A DNA stretch of 62,462 bases, filler included, from Nitrospinae bacterium RIFCSPLOWO2_12_FULL_45_22 (GTDB lineage Bacteria; 2-12-FULL-45-22), in assembly GCA_001803565.1 (NCBI GenBank). It is 6 parts of 6 records of this genome, joined end to end, with 100 filler letters (N's around TTAATTAATTAA, not from the genome) between each part and the next. Parts side by side here need not be neighbours in the genome. Positions count along the whole stretch, not along the records: positions 34,857 to 43,861 come from MHDQ01000220.1; positions 43,962 to 50,258 come from MHDQ01000221.1; positions 50,359 to 62,462 come from MHDQ01000223.1; 3 more parts are not named here. The stretch is one strand, 5' to 3'. The stretch's first letter is position 1; every line of letters starts with the position of its first letter. Below the pieces are notes generated by a model. The model did no database searches and was not told the origin of the DNA. It saw only the letters and a list, made by a program, of their open reading frames with translations. This document shows, one piece after another, positions 40,536 to 50,373 of this stretch. The translations under genes and the position numbers were made by a program.

Positions 40536-41273
40536 ATGCGCGATAAGGTAAAAAAGCTGCTGAAGATAAGTGAGCTATCGTCCCTGGTTGGTGTCCCTAA
40601 AGAGGCTATTCGATATTATATAAAAGAGGGACTCCTACCCAGACCGCAAAAAACTAGCAAAAACATGGCTTACTATGATGAGAGTTTTATCGAGCGGATT
40701 AAGGCAATAAAAGAATTGCAGAAAAAGAGGTTTTTACCTTTGAGGATTATAAAGAATATCATAGGGGAAGATAGTGGTGAAAGTAGTCTCAATGAAATAA
40801 AGACCCTTTTAGAGTTGGATGGTAAGATTTTTAAGCCTATTGACCACTTACTGAATTTTATCCCTTTAACAGCCGGCGAATTGATGGAAAAAACCGGTTT
40901 ACCGCTGGAAGAACTAGCAGAATTGGAAGATATGGAAATAATTAAACCATTCCTAGAAAATGGCCAGAAAAAACATGATGAGTATGATACGAGGATAGTA
41001 GAGGCCTTTGCCAGGATAAGGAGTTCTGGCGCTACAAAGGAGCTTTTCCTCACACAGGATTTTAAGCTCTATAAAGACTTCGTTGAAGCCCTGGCCCGAG
41101 AAGAAGTAAAACTCCTGGCCCGGCGGATCACAGGTAAGATATCACAACAAGAGGCCCTTAGATTAATAAATAATGTGTTCGATGCAGTAAACAATTTTGT
41201 CAATCTACTACGAAAAAAATTGATCAAGGAAACCGTGGCTGATTATGCCAATAAATTGAAGAAAAGTCGCTAG
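40536..41273 (+). CDS. MerR family transcriptional regulator
   Basis: KISELS..AIRYYIKEGLLP..NMAYY..FLPL..IK; second HTH-like segment. Confidence 0.92.
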   Translation: MRDKVKKLLKISELSSLVGVPKEAIRYYIKEGLLPRPQKTSKNMAYYDESFIERIKAIKELQKKRFLPLRIIKNIIGEDSGESSLNEIKTLLELDGKIFKPIDHLLNFIPLTAGELMEKTGLPLEELAELEDMEIIKPFLENGQKKHDEYDTRIVEAFARIRSSGATKELFLTQDFKLYKDFVEALAREEVKLLARRITGKISQQEALRLINNVFDAVNNFVNLLRKKLIKETVADYANKLKKSR

Positions 41274-41279
41274 AAGATC

Positions 41280-42251
41280 ATGTATAATGCCATAACTGAT
41301 ATTGAAGGGATAAAGGTTGGTCATGCCACCAATCTTCAGGGTTATACAGGCTGTACGGTAATATTGTGTGAGAAAAAAGCCGTAGGTGGGGTAGACATCA
41401 GGGGTACGGCAGCCGGTACTCGTCAGATGAATGCCTTAAATATGCTCCATACTGTAGAAGAAGTCAATGCTATATTGCTGGCCGGGGGTAGTGCCTATGG
41501 GCTAGATGCCGCTGGTGGAGTGATGAAATATTTAGAAGAGCAGGGCCGCGGATTTAATGTCTCTTTTACTACGGTGCCTATTGTCCCTACAGCCATTATT
41601 TTTGATCTGGGTTTTGGCAACTATCGGACACGGCCGGATAAAGATATGGGGTATGAAGCCTGTCTAAATAGCAATACTTTCCCGGTAGCTGAAGGGAGTA
41701 TAGGGGCGGGTACTGGGGCAACGGTAGGTAAGCTATTTGGCGTAAGCCGTGCCACCAAAGGGGGAGTGGGTACAGCCAGTATCGAGTCCATCAAGGGTGT
41801 TAGGGTAGCAGCGCTGGTAGTGGTCAATGCCTTTGGAGATGTCATGGATAAAGACACCAGGGAGATTATAGCCGGGACTAGAGAGTCTGAGACTGGTACC
41901 CACTTTATAAACACTGCTGAACAGATAAGACAGGGAATAACCAGGAACATGTTCTCGCCAGAAAATACTACTCTAGCAGTAGTAGCTACTAATGCCAACT
42001 TGAGTAAGGTGGAAGCTCATAAAGTAGCCCAGATGGCCAGTATCGGCCTGGCCAGGACTATCTCGCCCGTCAATTCCACCTTTGATGGAGATGTGGTATT
42101 TGCCTTATCCATAGGAGAGAAGAAAGCTGATATTAACACCATAGGGTTGTTAGGCGAAAAAGTGGTGATGGAGGCGATAAACCGGGCCATAAGACTAGCT
42201 GATGGCTTTGGGTTGATTCCAGCTTATAAAGATTTGTTTAGAGGGAACTGA
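41280..42251 (+). CDS. P1/S58 (DmpA-like) peptidase
   Basis: [36 protein letters not shown]. Confidence 0.92.
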   Translation: MYNAITDIEGIKVGHATNLQGYTGCTVILCEKKAVGGVDIRGTAAGTRQMNALNMLHTVEEVNAILLAGGSAYGLDAAGGVMKYLEEQGRGFNVSFTTVPIVPTAIIFDLGFGNYRTRPDKDMGYEACLNSNTFPVAEGSIGAGTGATVGKLFGVSRATKGGVGTASIESIKGVRVAALVVVNAFGDVMDKDTREIIAGTRESETGTHFINTAEQIRQGITRNMFSPENTTLAVVATNANLSKVEAHKVAQMASIGLARTISPVNSTFDGDVVFALSIGEKKADINTIGLLGEKVVMEAINRAIRLADGFGLIPAYKDLFRGN

Positions 42252-42252
42252 A

Positions 42253-43861
42253 ATGGATAATAGTCGAGAGAAACTCAAAGACTGGGAAAAGGAGTTAGAA
42301 GCTTTATTAAATAAAAACCCTGAACGTAAAGCTGAATTCACTACCGTTTCTGGTATCCCGGTAAAACCGCTCTATACCCCTCTGGATATTGAAGGGTTAG
42401 ATTACGAGCGTGACTTGGGTTACCCAGGAGAATACCCCTACCTCCGCGGTATCCACCCCACCATGTACCGGGGTAAACCATGGACCATGCGACAGTTCTC
42501 CGGCTTCGGCACTGCCGTGGATACTAATAAGAGGTATAAGTATTTGCTGGAGCATGGTCAGACGGGCCTGAGTGTAGCATTTCATATGCCAACGATTATG
42601 GGTTATGACTCTGATCATCCCCGCTCTAGAGGCGAAGTAGGCCGCTGTGGGGTTGCCATTGATACCCTGGCTGATATGGAAGACCTCTTCCGTGATATAC
42701 CATTGGATAAGGTCACTACCTCTATGACCATTAATGCCCCGGCAGCAATACTGCTGGCTATGTATATGGTAGTAGCAGAGAAGCAAGGGGTTAGCTGGAA
42801 AGATATTAGTGGTACTATCCAGAACGACATCCTAAAGGAATATATAGCCCAAAAATCCTGGATCTTTCCACCCCGGCCTTCCATGAAAATTATCACTGAC
42901 ATCTTCCAGTTCTGTAGCCAGGAAGTGCCCCGCTGGAATACTATTAGCATTAGTGGCTACCATATCAGAGAAGCTGGCGCTACGGCAGTACAGGAGCTAG
43001 CTTTCACCTTAGCTGATGGGATTGCCTATGTAGAAGCAGGGATAGAAGCTGGGTTAGCACCTGATACTTTTGCCCGCCGGCTATCCTTCTTTTTTAACGC
43101 CCATAATGATTTCTTTGAAGAAATTGCCAAGTTTAGGGCTGCCCGACGGCTCTGGGCCAGAGTCATGCGAGAGCGCTTCCAGGCTAAAGACCCCCGCTCC
43201 TGGCTCTTGCGTTTCCACACCCAGACCGCAGGCTGTAGCTTAACGGCACAGCAGCCCGAGAACAATATTGTCCGGGTGGCTTTACAGGCATTAGCTGCAG
43301 TCATGGGTGGAACGCAATCACTCCATACCAACTCTATGGATGAGGTTTTGGGGTTGCCTACCGAAGAGGCAGTTACCGTAGCCCTCCGTACCCAGCAGAT
43401 CATTGCCTATGAGAGTGGGGTAGCTAATACTATTGACCCTTTTGCTGGTTCCTATTATTTAGAGAGCTTGACCAATGAGATAGAGGAAAAGGCACAGACA
43501 TATATTGACAGGATAGACACTATGGGTGGTATGGTAGCGGCTATAGAAAAGGGGTTCCCCCAACGGGAGATCATGGAAGCATCTTATAATTACCAGAAAT
43601 CCGTAGAAAGCAAAGAGAGGATTGTCATTGGTGTAAATGCATATGATTCAGCAGAAACGACCCCGCTTCAGATATTAAAGATAGATCCCCGGGTAGAGGA
43701 AGAGCAGATTGCCCGCCTACAACGGGTGCGGGAAACGAGGAATTATCAAGCCCACCAGAAAGCCCTTAACCGGCTAAGAACCACTGCTCAGCAAGGTGAT
43801 AATCTCATGCCGGCAATAATAGAAGCGGTGCGGGTTTATGCCGCAGCAGGTGAGATAACTG
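42253..43861 (+). CDS. icmA: B12-dependent acyl-CoA mutase large subunit, isobutyryl-CoA mutase type, 3'-truncated
   Basis: [10 protein letters not shown] (Phe) and EYIAQK (Gln) at the specificity positions; [16 protein letters not shown]. Confidence 0.85.
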
Positions 43862-43977
43862 NNNNNNNNNNNNNNNNNNNNNNNNNNNNNNNNNNNNNNN
43901 NNNNNTTAATTAATTAANNNNNNNNNNNNNNNNNNNNNNNNNNNNNNNNNNNNNNNNNNNNGTGGGGGGTAAAGACG

Positions 43978-44769
43978 ATGATGGGATTGCTTGGCGACTG
44001 GTTTTTGAAGATTTCTGGCAGCCATCCGGTTATGCAGGGCCTCTTAGGCGGGATTGTCATTACCCTTCTGAACACCCTGGGGGCGATTCTCGTACTATTT
44101 TTTAAGACTGTCCCTCAGAATTTTCTCGATGCTGCACTGGGGTTTTCTGCCGGGATTATGCTCACGGCCAGCTTTACCAGTTTAATTATTCCTGGGATAG
44201 AATACGGCGGAGTCATCCCCGTGATAATTGGTATGATCATCGGCATTGTATTCCTTGACCTTGCTGACCACCTGATCCCGCACATGCATTTCCTGAGAGG
44301 GAAGGAAGGCAAAGGGACTGAGCATCTGAAGGCGGTCTGGCTGTTCATCATAGCTATCACCCTCCACAATATGCCAGAGGGCCTGGCAGTGGGGGTGGGG
44401 TTTGGTTCTGGTGACTTCAAGGGGGCTATTATACTTATGCTAGCCATAGGGTTGCAGAACATTCCCGAGGGCCTTGCGGTCTCCATATCCTCCCTCAGCG
44501 CTGGTATGGGAGCCCGCTTCTATGCTAGCTTCGTGGGGATTCGAGCGGGGCTGGTAGAAATTCCTCTCGCGATCATCGGGGCATGGGCCGTCAGCTCTAT
44601 GCAGGCAATTCTCCCTTATGCCATGGGATTCGCGGCTGGGGCCATGCTTTATGTAATAAGCGACGAGATCATACCTGAAACCCACCGCCAGGATCATGAG
44701 CGGCTGGCTACCGTCGGCACTATGATCGGGATCATAGTGATGCTGTATCTAGACGTCTCTCTGGGGTAG
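43978..44769 (+). CDS. ZIP family metal transporter
   Basis: ITLHNMPEGLAVG, IGLQNIPEG, EIIPETH. Confidence 0.95.
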   Translation: MMGLLGDWFLKISGSHPVMQGLLGGIVITLLNTLGAILVLFFKTVPQNFLDAALGFSAGIMLTASFTSLIIPGIEYGGVIPVIIGMIIGIVFLDLADHLIPHMHFLRGKEGKGTEHLKAVWLFIIAITLHNMPEGLAVGVGFGSGDFKGAIILMLAIGLQNIPEGLAVSISSLSAGMGARFYASFVGIRAGLVEIPLAIIGAWAVSSMQAILPYAMGFAAGAMLYVISDEIIPETHRQDHERLATVGTMIGIIVMLYLDVSLG

Positions 44770-44947
44770 CTCCATGCCTACAGGGAGTAGGCGCAGGCCT
44801 GGGCCGGCGAATGACGCAACCTGAATATTGCGGCTACCCCACATNNNNNNNNGATAGGGCAAGGCCAATTTTTGGCCCAATTTTTTGATTGACAAAAAAT
44901 TTTTTCCTTGATAAATTGTAGCCATTAAACATGGCGATTGACAGGTA

Positions 44948-45538
44948 ATGCTCTGCCTAACGGCGGTGGTTGATCTAGCGAGCGGAAACATCGTGAATAT
45001 GCATGAAGTGCCGGCTAATCCTGTTAAGCTGAGAGATGTCTTAAAGAAAGCGAGTGCCTTCTTTCGCTTCATATTCCGCCCTGCTTTCCTTCCCTGGCTA
45101 CTTTCTCCAGAAAAACTCGATTTTAAAGCTGATTCTATAACTACAGATCAAGGGAGGGTAGGATTTTTCCGTCGGCTTTTATCCTCAGAGGTACTGGAGG
45201 AAGAGGGGCCAGAGGCAGTAGCTCGGGAGCCAGGGATTAGTTTCTTGCGCTGGCTGTTTTCATCAGAGACACTCCCTGAGGAGGCTTCTATCCCCAACAA
45301 ATCCAGAGAAAAAGGGTTCTTCTCATGGCTCTTTGCCTCGGAAGGCCTGGGGTATCAGATGCCAGAACCAGATAATGGTCAAGGGAGGGTAGGATTTTTC
45401 CGTCGGCTTTTATCCTCAGAGGTACTGGAGGAAGAGGGGCCAGAGGCAATGGGTGGGGAACTAAGGGCTGGCTTCTTTCGCTGGTTATTTGCATCAGAGA
45501 AACTCCCTGAAGAAGCCCCACAAAAACTTAAGCGATGA
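44948..45538 (+). CDS. hypothetical protein made of six amphipathic F(F/L)x(W/R)L(F/L)xxExL repeats (start possibly 44999)
   Basis: Repeats visible in protein; 45148-45217 identical to 45379-45448; ends 18 nt before the cytochrome gene. Confidence 0.75.
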   Translation: MLCLTAVVDLASGNIVNMHEVPANPVKLRDVLKKASAFFRFIFRPAFLPWLLSPEKLDFKADSITTDQGRVGFFRRLLSSEVLEEEGPEAVAREPGISFLRWLFSSETLPEEASIPNKSREKGFFSWLFASEGLGYQMPEPDNGQGRVGFFRRLLSSEVLEEEGPEAMGGELRAGFFRWLFASEKLPEEAPQKLKR

Positions 45539-45556
45539 AGGAGATGGGGTAAAACT

Positions 45557-46012
45557 ATGGAGCACCAAAAGCACTTTTTCCGAGCCATCTTTTTATTGAT
45601 AGTAATTATTATGGTATACATTTTTGCCCGCTCCCTTATTTTTCATCCTGAGACCTGGGTACCAGAGGCTAAGGAGATGATTAGATCGCATACACCGGTC
45701 TTTGGAAACCTTCATGGCTGTAATGGTTGTCATTCAGAGGTTGCCAGGACCAGGGCAGAGGGGGAGCATAAGGGGGTTTCATGCGAGGTCTGTCACGCCC
45801 CCCTCTCAACTCATGCCGAAGGCAAGAAAAAGATCGCACCTATGGTAAAGAACCGTTCTGCCAAGCTCTGTATGAGATGCCATCAGCAATTGAGGGCACG
45901 ACCGGCCAATTTTTCTCAAGTAGTAGTAGCTAATCACTTAAGCGAGAATGGGATAGCATTTGAGCCTGAGGTCTGTATTGATTGCCATATGCCCCATTCT
46001 CCAAAATTATAG
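45557..46012 (+). CDS. membrane-anchored tetraheme cytochrome c (CbcS-like)
   Basis: TM anchor; CNGCH, CEVCH, CMRCH, CIDCH. Confidence 0.9.
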   Translation: MEHQKHFFRAIFLLIVIIMVYIFARSLIFHPETWVPEAKEMIRSHTPVFGNLHGCNGCHSEVARTRAEGEHKGVSCEVCHAPLSTHAEGKKKIAPMVKNRSAKLCMRCHQQLRARPANFSQVVVANHLSENGIAFEPEVCIDCHMPHSPKL

Positions 46013-46028
46013 ATAAGGAGTCTATTTT

Positions 46029-46793
46029 ATGGGACTTTGCCGGAGGGATTTTTTACGCTGGGGTTTAATGGGGCTGGCAGCCGGGGGTATGGTCACCAGG
46101 TCTGTTTACCCAATATATGGAACAGAGGAAGAGGAGCCTAAGAGGGGCCTTGAGTATAACCCCGAAGACCATTATTATGGATACCTGATTGATACCTATA
46201 AATGCATCGGTTGTGGTATGTGTGTTCAGGCCTGCAAAATGGAGAATTCGGTTCCAGAGAAGTTTTTCCGCACCTGGGTAGAGCGCTACCTCATCGCTGA
46301 TAATGGTGAAGATTTGGTGGTTGATTCTCCCCATGGGGGTATAAGTGGATTTCAGCCCGAGGTGACTAAATTTAACATCACCAAGGGATTTTTTGTGCCC
46401 AAGATGTGCAACCATTGCCAGAATACACCGTGTATACAGGTTTGTCCCGTAGGCGCTTCTTACATGACGGAAGATGGCCTGGTTTTGGTGGACTTTAAAC
46501 ATTGTATTGGGTGTGGCTACTGTGTGCAGGCCTGTCCCTATGGGAGTCGTTTTATGAACCCCTATACCCACACCGCTGACAAATGCACCTGGTGTTACCA
46601 TCGCATTAGTCGCTATATGCTCCCGGCCTGTGTGCAGGCTTGCCCGGTGAAGGCGAGGCGTTTTGGTGACCTTAAAGACCCAAATGATGAGGTACGTAGG
46701 ATCATTGCCACGGAGAGAGTTGGTGTATTGCAGCCTGATCTTTTAACCAAGCCCAAATGCTTCTACTTGGGATTAGACAAAGAGGTGGTATGA
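46029..46793 (+). CDS. Tat-exported 4x[4Fe-4S] subunit (NrfC/DmsB-like)
   Basis: RRDFL; CIGCGMCVQAC, CNHC..PCIQVCP, CIGCGYCVQACP, KCTWC..PACVQACP. Confidence 0.95.
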   Translation: MGLCRRDFLRWGLMGLAAGGMVTRSVYPIYGTEEEEPKRGLEYNPEDHYYGYLIDTYKCIGCGMCVQACKMENSVPEKFFRTWVERYLIADNGEDLVVDSPHGGISGFQPEVTKFNITKGFFVPKMCNHCQNTPCIQVCPVGASYMTEDGLVLVDFKHCIGCGYCVQACPYGSRFMNPYTHTADKCTWCYHRISRYMLPACVQACPVKARRFGDLKDPNDEVRRIIATERVGVLQPDLLTKPKCFYLGLDKEVV

Positions 46794-46794
46794 T

Positions 46795-48003
46795 ATGCTA
46801 GAACCCACTTATTACTCCTTTCCTAATGACCTCCATATCCACTGGAGCCTCATGATTGTCATGTATCCCTATATTACCGGGTTAGTGGCGGGCGCCTTTA
46901 TTGTCTCTTCGCTCTATCATGTATTTAACCGTAAGGAGCTGTTTCCCGTAGCCCGTTTCTCTTTAGGGGCATCGTTTGCCTTTCTCTCGGTTGCTACCTT
47001 TCCCTTACTTAACCATTTGGGCCATCCTTTGCGGGGGCCCCTAATCATGATTACTCCCAACTTTAGCTCTGCAATGGCGGGTTTCGGACTTATTTATGCC
47101 TTTTACTTTCTGGTGGTACTATTAGAGATTTGGCTAATAACCCGGGCAGATATTATTCGCTACGCCCGCCAGAGTCGAGGGCTCAAGCGGCTTATGTATA
47201 AGCTCCTTGCCCTTGGGGTCTATGATGATTCTCCTGAGGCCTTAGAGTTTGATCATAAGACCACCAAGGTATTAGCAGGAATAGGTATCCCAGCCGCATG
47301 CCTCTTGCACGGATATGTAGGTTTTCTCTTTGGGGCCCTTAAATCAAACCCCTGGTGGTCAACCCCCCTCATGCCTATTATCTTTCTCTTCTCTGCTATG
47401 GTATCAGGGATTGCTATGATTATAATCCTCTATCAGATTATCATGGTTTACAAAGGAATAACCATCAATTCTGGGTGCATTCAATCCATGTGCCGGTGGC
47501 TGTGGCTTTTCATGATCTTTACCGTAACTCTGGAGATGCTAGAAATCATAACCCTGGCCTATGAGCAGGCTGAGGAATGGGAAGTGATCTCCCACCTCTT
47601 GACTACCTTTTTGCCCTTTAGCTTCCTGGGCATTCAGGTCGTCTTTGGCTCCTTGATCCCCTTCATCCTTCTAGCCATAATAGTCCTGATGAACCCTTAC
47701 CTGACCGATAGGCTGAGAAATACCCTGGCTTTTGTCTCCTCATTTATTTTACTGATCCAGGTGTGGTCTATGCGGTGGAACGTAGTTATAGGGGGTCAGA
47801 TCTTTTCCAAAAGCTTCCGCGGCTTCCGGGATTACCAGCCTCAGTTCCTTGAAAAAGAGGGTATTTTGGCCTCACTCATTATTTTTGCCTTGCCGTTTAT
47901 CATTATGGTAATCTATGAAAAGATAATACCCAGCTTTGAGGGCCTTAAGGGGAGAGAGATGATAACGGAGATCGAGCCGACCGTCCAATATAAAGGGGCA
48001 TAA
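46795..48003 (+). CDS. NrfD/PsrC family quinone-interacting membrane subunit
   Basis: WSLMIVMYPYITGLVAG, HLGHP, HGYVGFLFG, RWNVVIGGQ; about ten TM helices. Confidence 0.93.
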   Translation: MLEPTYYSFPNDLHIHWSLMIVMYPYITGLVAGAFIVSSLYHVFNRKELFPVARFSLGASFAFLSVATFPLLNHLGHPLRGPLIMITPNFSSAMAGFGLIYAFYFLVVLLEIWLITRADIIRYARQSRGLKRLMYKLLALGVYDDSPEALEFDHKTTKVLAGIGIPAACLLHGYVGFLFGALKSNPWWSTPLMPIIFLFSAMVSGIAMIIILYQIIMVYKGITINSGCIQSMCRWLWLFMIFTVTLEMLEIITLAYEQAEEWEVISHLLTTFLPFSFLGIQVVFGSLIPFILLAIIVLMNPYLTDRLRNTLAFVSSFILLIQVWSMRWNVVIGGQIFSKSFRGFRDYQPQFLEKEGILASLIIFALPFIIMVIYEKIIPSFEGLKGREMITEIEPTVQYKGA

Positions 48004-48141
48004 AAATCCTACGCAGCCTCCAAATCTTGTTGTGCCAGTTCAGCGATCCTTCCCCTGTTTTATATTTCATGAAAGAAATGAGCCCTATAGGTTAAATAGT
48101 AGGGCATTAGCTCATTAACATCTTTATTGGGAGGGAAGGTT

Positions 48142-48999
48142 ATGATTTATACTCGAAAGGCGCCCCTTATATGCATCCTGGCAAGCCTTATCTTGTCAAC
48201 TATATTAACCCTCCCGACCTTTGGAGAGGAGCCGAAGACCCCTTTCATATCTAAAGACCTGCCAGACTCTTTGGCACACTATTATAAAGGTCGGCGCAAC
48301 CAGTATGCCTTATCCATGATCGAGCTTGGCCGATTGATGGGCGCCAGCTTCGAGGAGGCCTATTCAAAAAACTATGACCACGCTATAAAACTCTTCAAGA
48401 GTTTTGAGGAGCAATATGACCAGGTCTCTCAAATGGTTCCTGAGTGGGATTATTACTTCCCTAATGGACCCCTTCAGGAGGTTGAACAGCTTATCAGCCA
48501 AAAGGCCCCTCCAGAGAAAATAAGAGAGAGCGCCAGGAGGGTGGAAAATATCTGTACCAATTGCCATATTTACGAGATGTTTAAAGTGCAGTCAACTTAC
48601 CACTGGAAAAAATTTAACCAGATATCTATCGTGAATCAAGATGGGGAGGACATAAGTTTCCATACCATAATGATCCAGTTATCTAATAAGTTAGCGGTCA
48701 TTCCCAGTACCGTCCAAAGGGAGGATTTTGAAGCTGCCCAGCGCCATTTTAAAGATTTATCAGACAATTTTATTTTTTTGGAGATGTCTTGCAATCGTTG
48801 TCATGCTCAGCCCCGAGAATATTTCGTGGATCAACGAGTAAAAGCTCATTGGTACCAGATTGGGGGTTTAATTCGGCATAAGAAGACAGACCTTGCCGCC
48901 TATAACAAGCTGGTAGACCAGGTGTATGAACAAAGCTGTATCCCATGTCACCGGGTGCATATGCCGGTGGCATTCATGCAAATATACCTTAGCGAATAG
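48142..48999 (+). CDS. exported helical triheme cytochrome c
   Basis: Signal peptide; CTNCH, CNRCH, CIPCH. Confidence 0.85.
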   Translation: MIYTRKAPLICILASLILSTILTLPTFGEEPKTPFISKDLPDSLAHYYKGRRNQYALSMIELGRLMGASFEEAYSKNYDHAIKLFKSFEEQYDQVSQMVPEWDYYFPNGPLQEVEQLISQKAPPEKIRESARRVENICTNCHIYEMFKVQSTYHWKKFNQISIVNQDGEDISFHTIMIQLSNKLAVIPSTVQREDFEAAQRHFKDLSDNFIFLEMSCNRCHAQPREYFVDQRVKAHWYQIGGLIRHKKTDLAAYNKLVDQVYEQSCIPCHRVHMPVAFMQIYLSE

Positions 49000-49046
49000 C
49001 CCTACCCCTTAAATAAATAGGAGCAGCATGGGGGATAAAGGTAAGA

Positions 49047-50069
49047 TTATACTTTAAGTACAATCTTACCAAAGTTCTTCCTATCCAGCATCTCCTGCTG
49101 GGCGGTGGCGGCATCTTTTAGTTCAAAGACCTTATGCACAACCGGTTTAAGCCTACCTGACTCTATAAACCTCAAGACCTCCAGCAGTTCGTTCTTTCTG
49201 CCCATGTAAGAACCAAGTATGGAAAGGTGTCGCGAGAAAACATACCTTAGGTCAATGCTGGCACTCGGTCCACTGGTTGCACCGCAGGTGACAAGCCGGC
49301 CATTTGTTGCCAGAAGCCTTATGCTCTGATCCCATATCTCAGGCCCAATATGCTCTATTACGATATCAACCCCTTGCTTGCCGGTAATCTTCTTTACCTC
49401 ACCCTCGAAATCTTGCCTTTGGTAGTTAATGACCTCATCTGCCCCAATACCCTTTGCCTTTTGCATCTTTTCATCACTTCCTACCGTCGTAATCACAAAC
49501 GCACCAAAAATTTTTGCAATCTGAATAGCGGCAATGCCTACCCCACTGCCCCCGGCCTGTACCAGCACAATATCAGAGGGCTTTACCCCGGCGCGGTTTA
49601 CCAGCATGTGCCAGGCAGTGAGAAAAACCAGGGGCATGGAAGCAGCCTCTTCAAAGGAAAGCCTCGTTGGTTTTGGGAGAACATTAACCTGGGGCACAGC
49701 AATATACTCTGCATAGCCACCGTTGTTCCGGTAACCAATGATGTTGTACTGGCTACACTGGTTATCATCTCCATTCAGACATCTGCTGCATTTCATACAG
49801 CTTATCCCGGGCGACAGAATGACCTCATCACCCTTTTTTATTCCTTCTACTGAGGCCCCGCATTCCTCAACAACTCCGGCGATGTCACTACCGGAGATAT
49901 GTGGGAGGTTGACCCCGGGTAGACCCTGTCGCTCCCATATATCCAGATGATTCAAGGCACATGCCTTTATCCTGACCAGTATCTCTCCTACCCCTGCCTT
50001 TGGCTCAGGAAAGTCTTCAAACTTCAACTTCTCTACCCCACCAAATTCATGGAATACAACTCCTTTCAT
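49047..50069 (-). CDS. zinc-binding alcohol dehydrogenase/quinone oxidoreductase (MDR family)
   Basis: ALNHLD, CxxCxxC-x7-C, GGYAEY, AGGSGVG, GKIVL. Confidence 0.93.
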   Translation of the reverse strand: MKGVVFHEFGGVEKLKFEDFPEPKAGVGEILVRIKACALNHLDIWERQGLPGVNLPHISGSDIAGVVEECGASVEGIKKGDEVILSPGISCMKCSRCLNGDDNQCSQYNIIGYRNNGGYAEYIAVPQVNVLPKPTRLSFEEAASMPLVFLTAWHMLVNRAGVKPSDIVLVQAGGSGVGIAAIQIAKIFGAFVITTVGSDEKMQKAKGIGADEVINYQRQDFEGEVKKITGKQGVDIVIEHIGPEIWDQSIRLLATNGRLVTCGATSGPSASIDLRYVFSRHLSILGSYMGRKNELLEVLRFIESGRLKPVVHKVFELKDAATAQQEMLDRKNFGKIVLKV

Positions 50070-50373
50070 CTTGCCCTCCTGAAAGACTTATAGTGAAAGT
50101 CTCATAAATAAGGTGGCAGGTTAATCAACAACATTCCACTCTTTAAATCAATCTCTGGATTTCTTGTTTGATATTGATAGCGCCGGTAATAACACCATTA
50201 TCTCTTTTTACTAAGATAGGCAGAGTCTTCTCTGCTAGAGGGACTAACCCCAGGTAAGNNNNNNNNNNNNNNNNNNNNNNNNNNNNNNNNNNNNNNNNNN
50301 NNTTAATTAATTAANNNNNNNNNNNNNNNNNNNNNNNNNNNNNNNNNNNNNNNNNNNNTATACAAGGAGGGAT

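Larger units (their letters stand above)
39663..40868 (+). repeat. 515-bp direct duplication (39663-40177 = 40354-40868)
   Basis: Promoter region and 5' half of merR repeated at offset 691, essentially identical. Confidence 0.95.
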
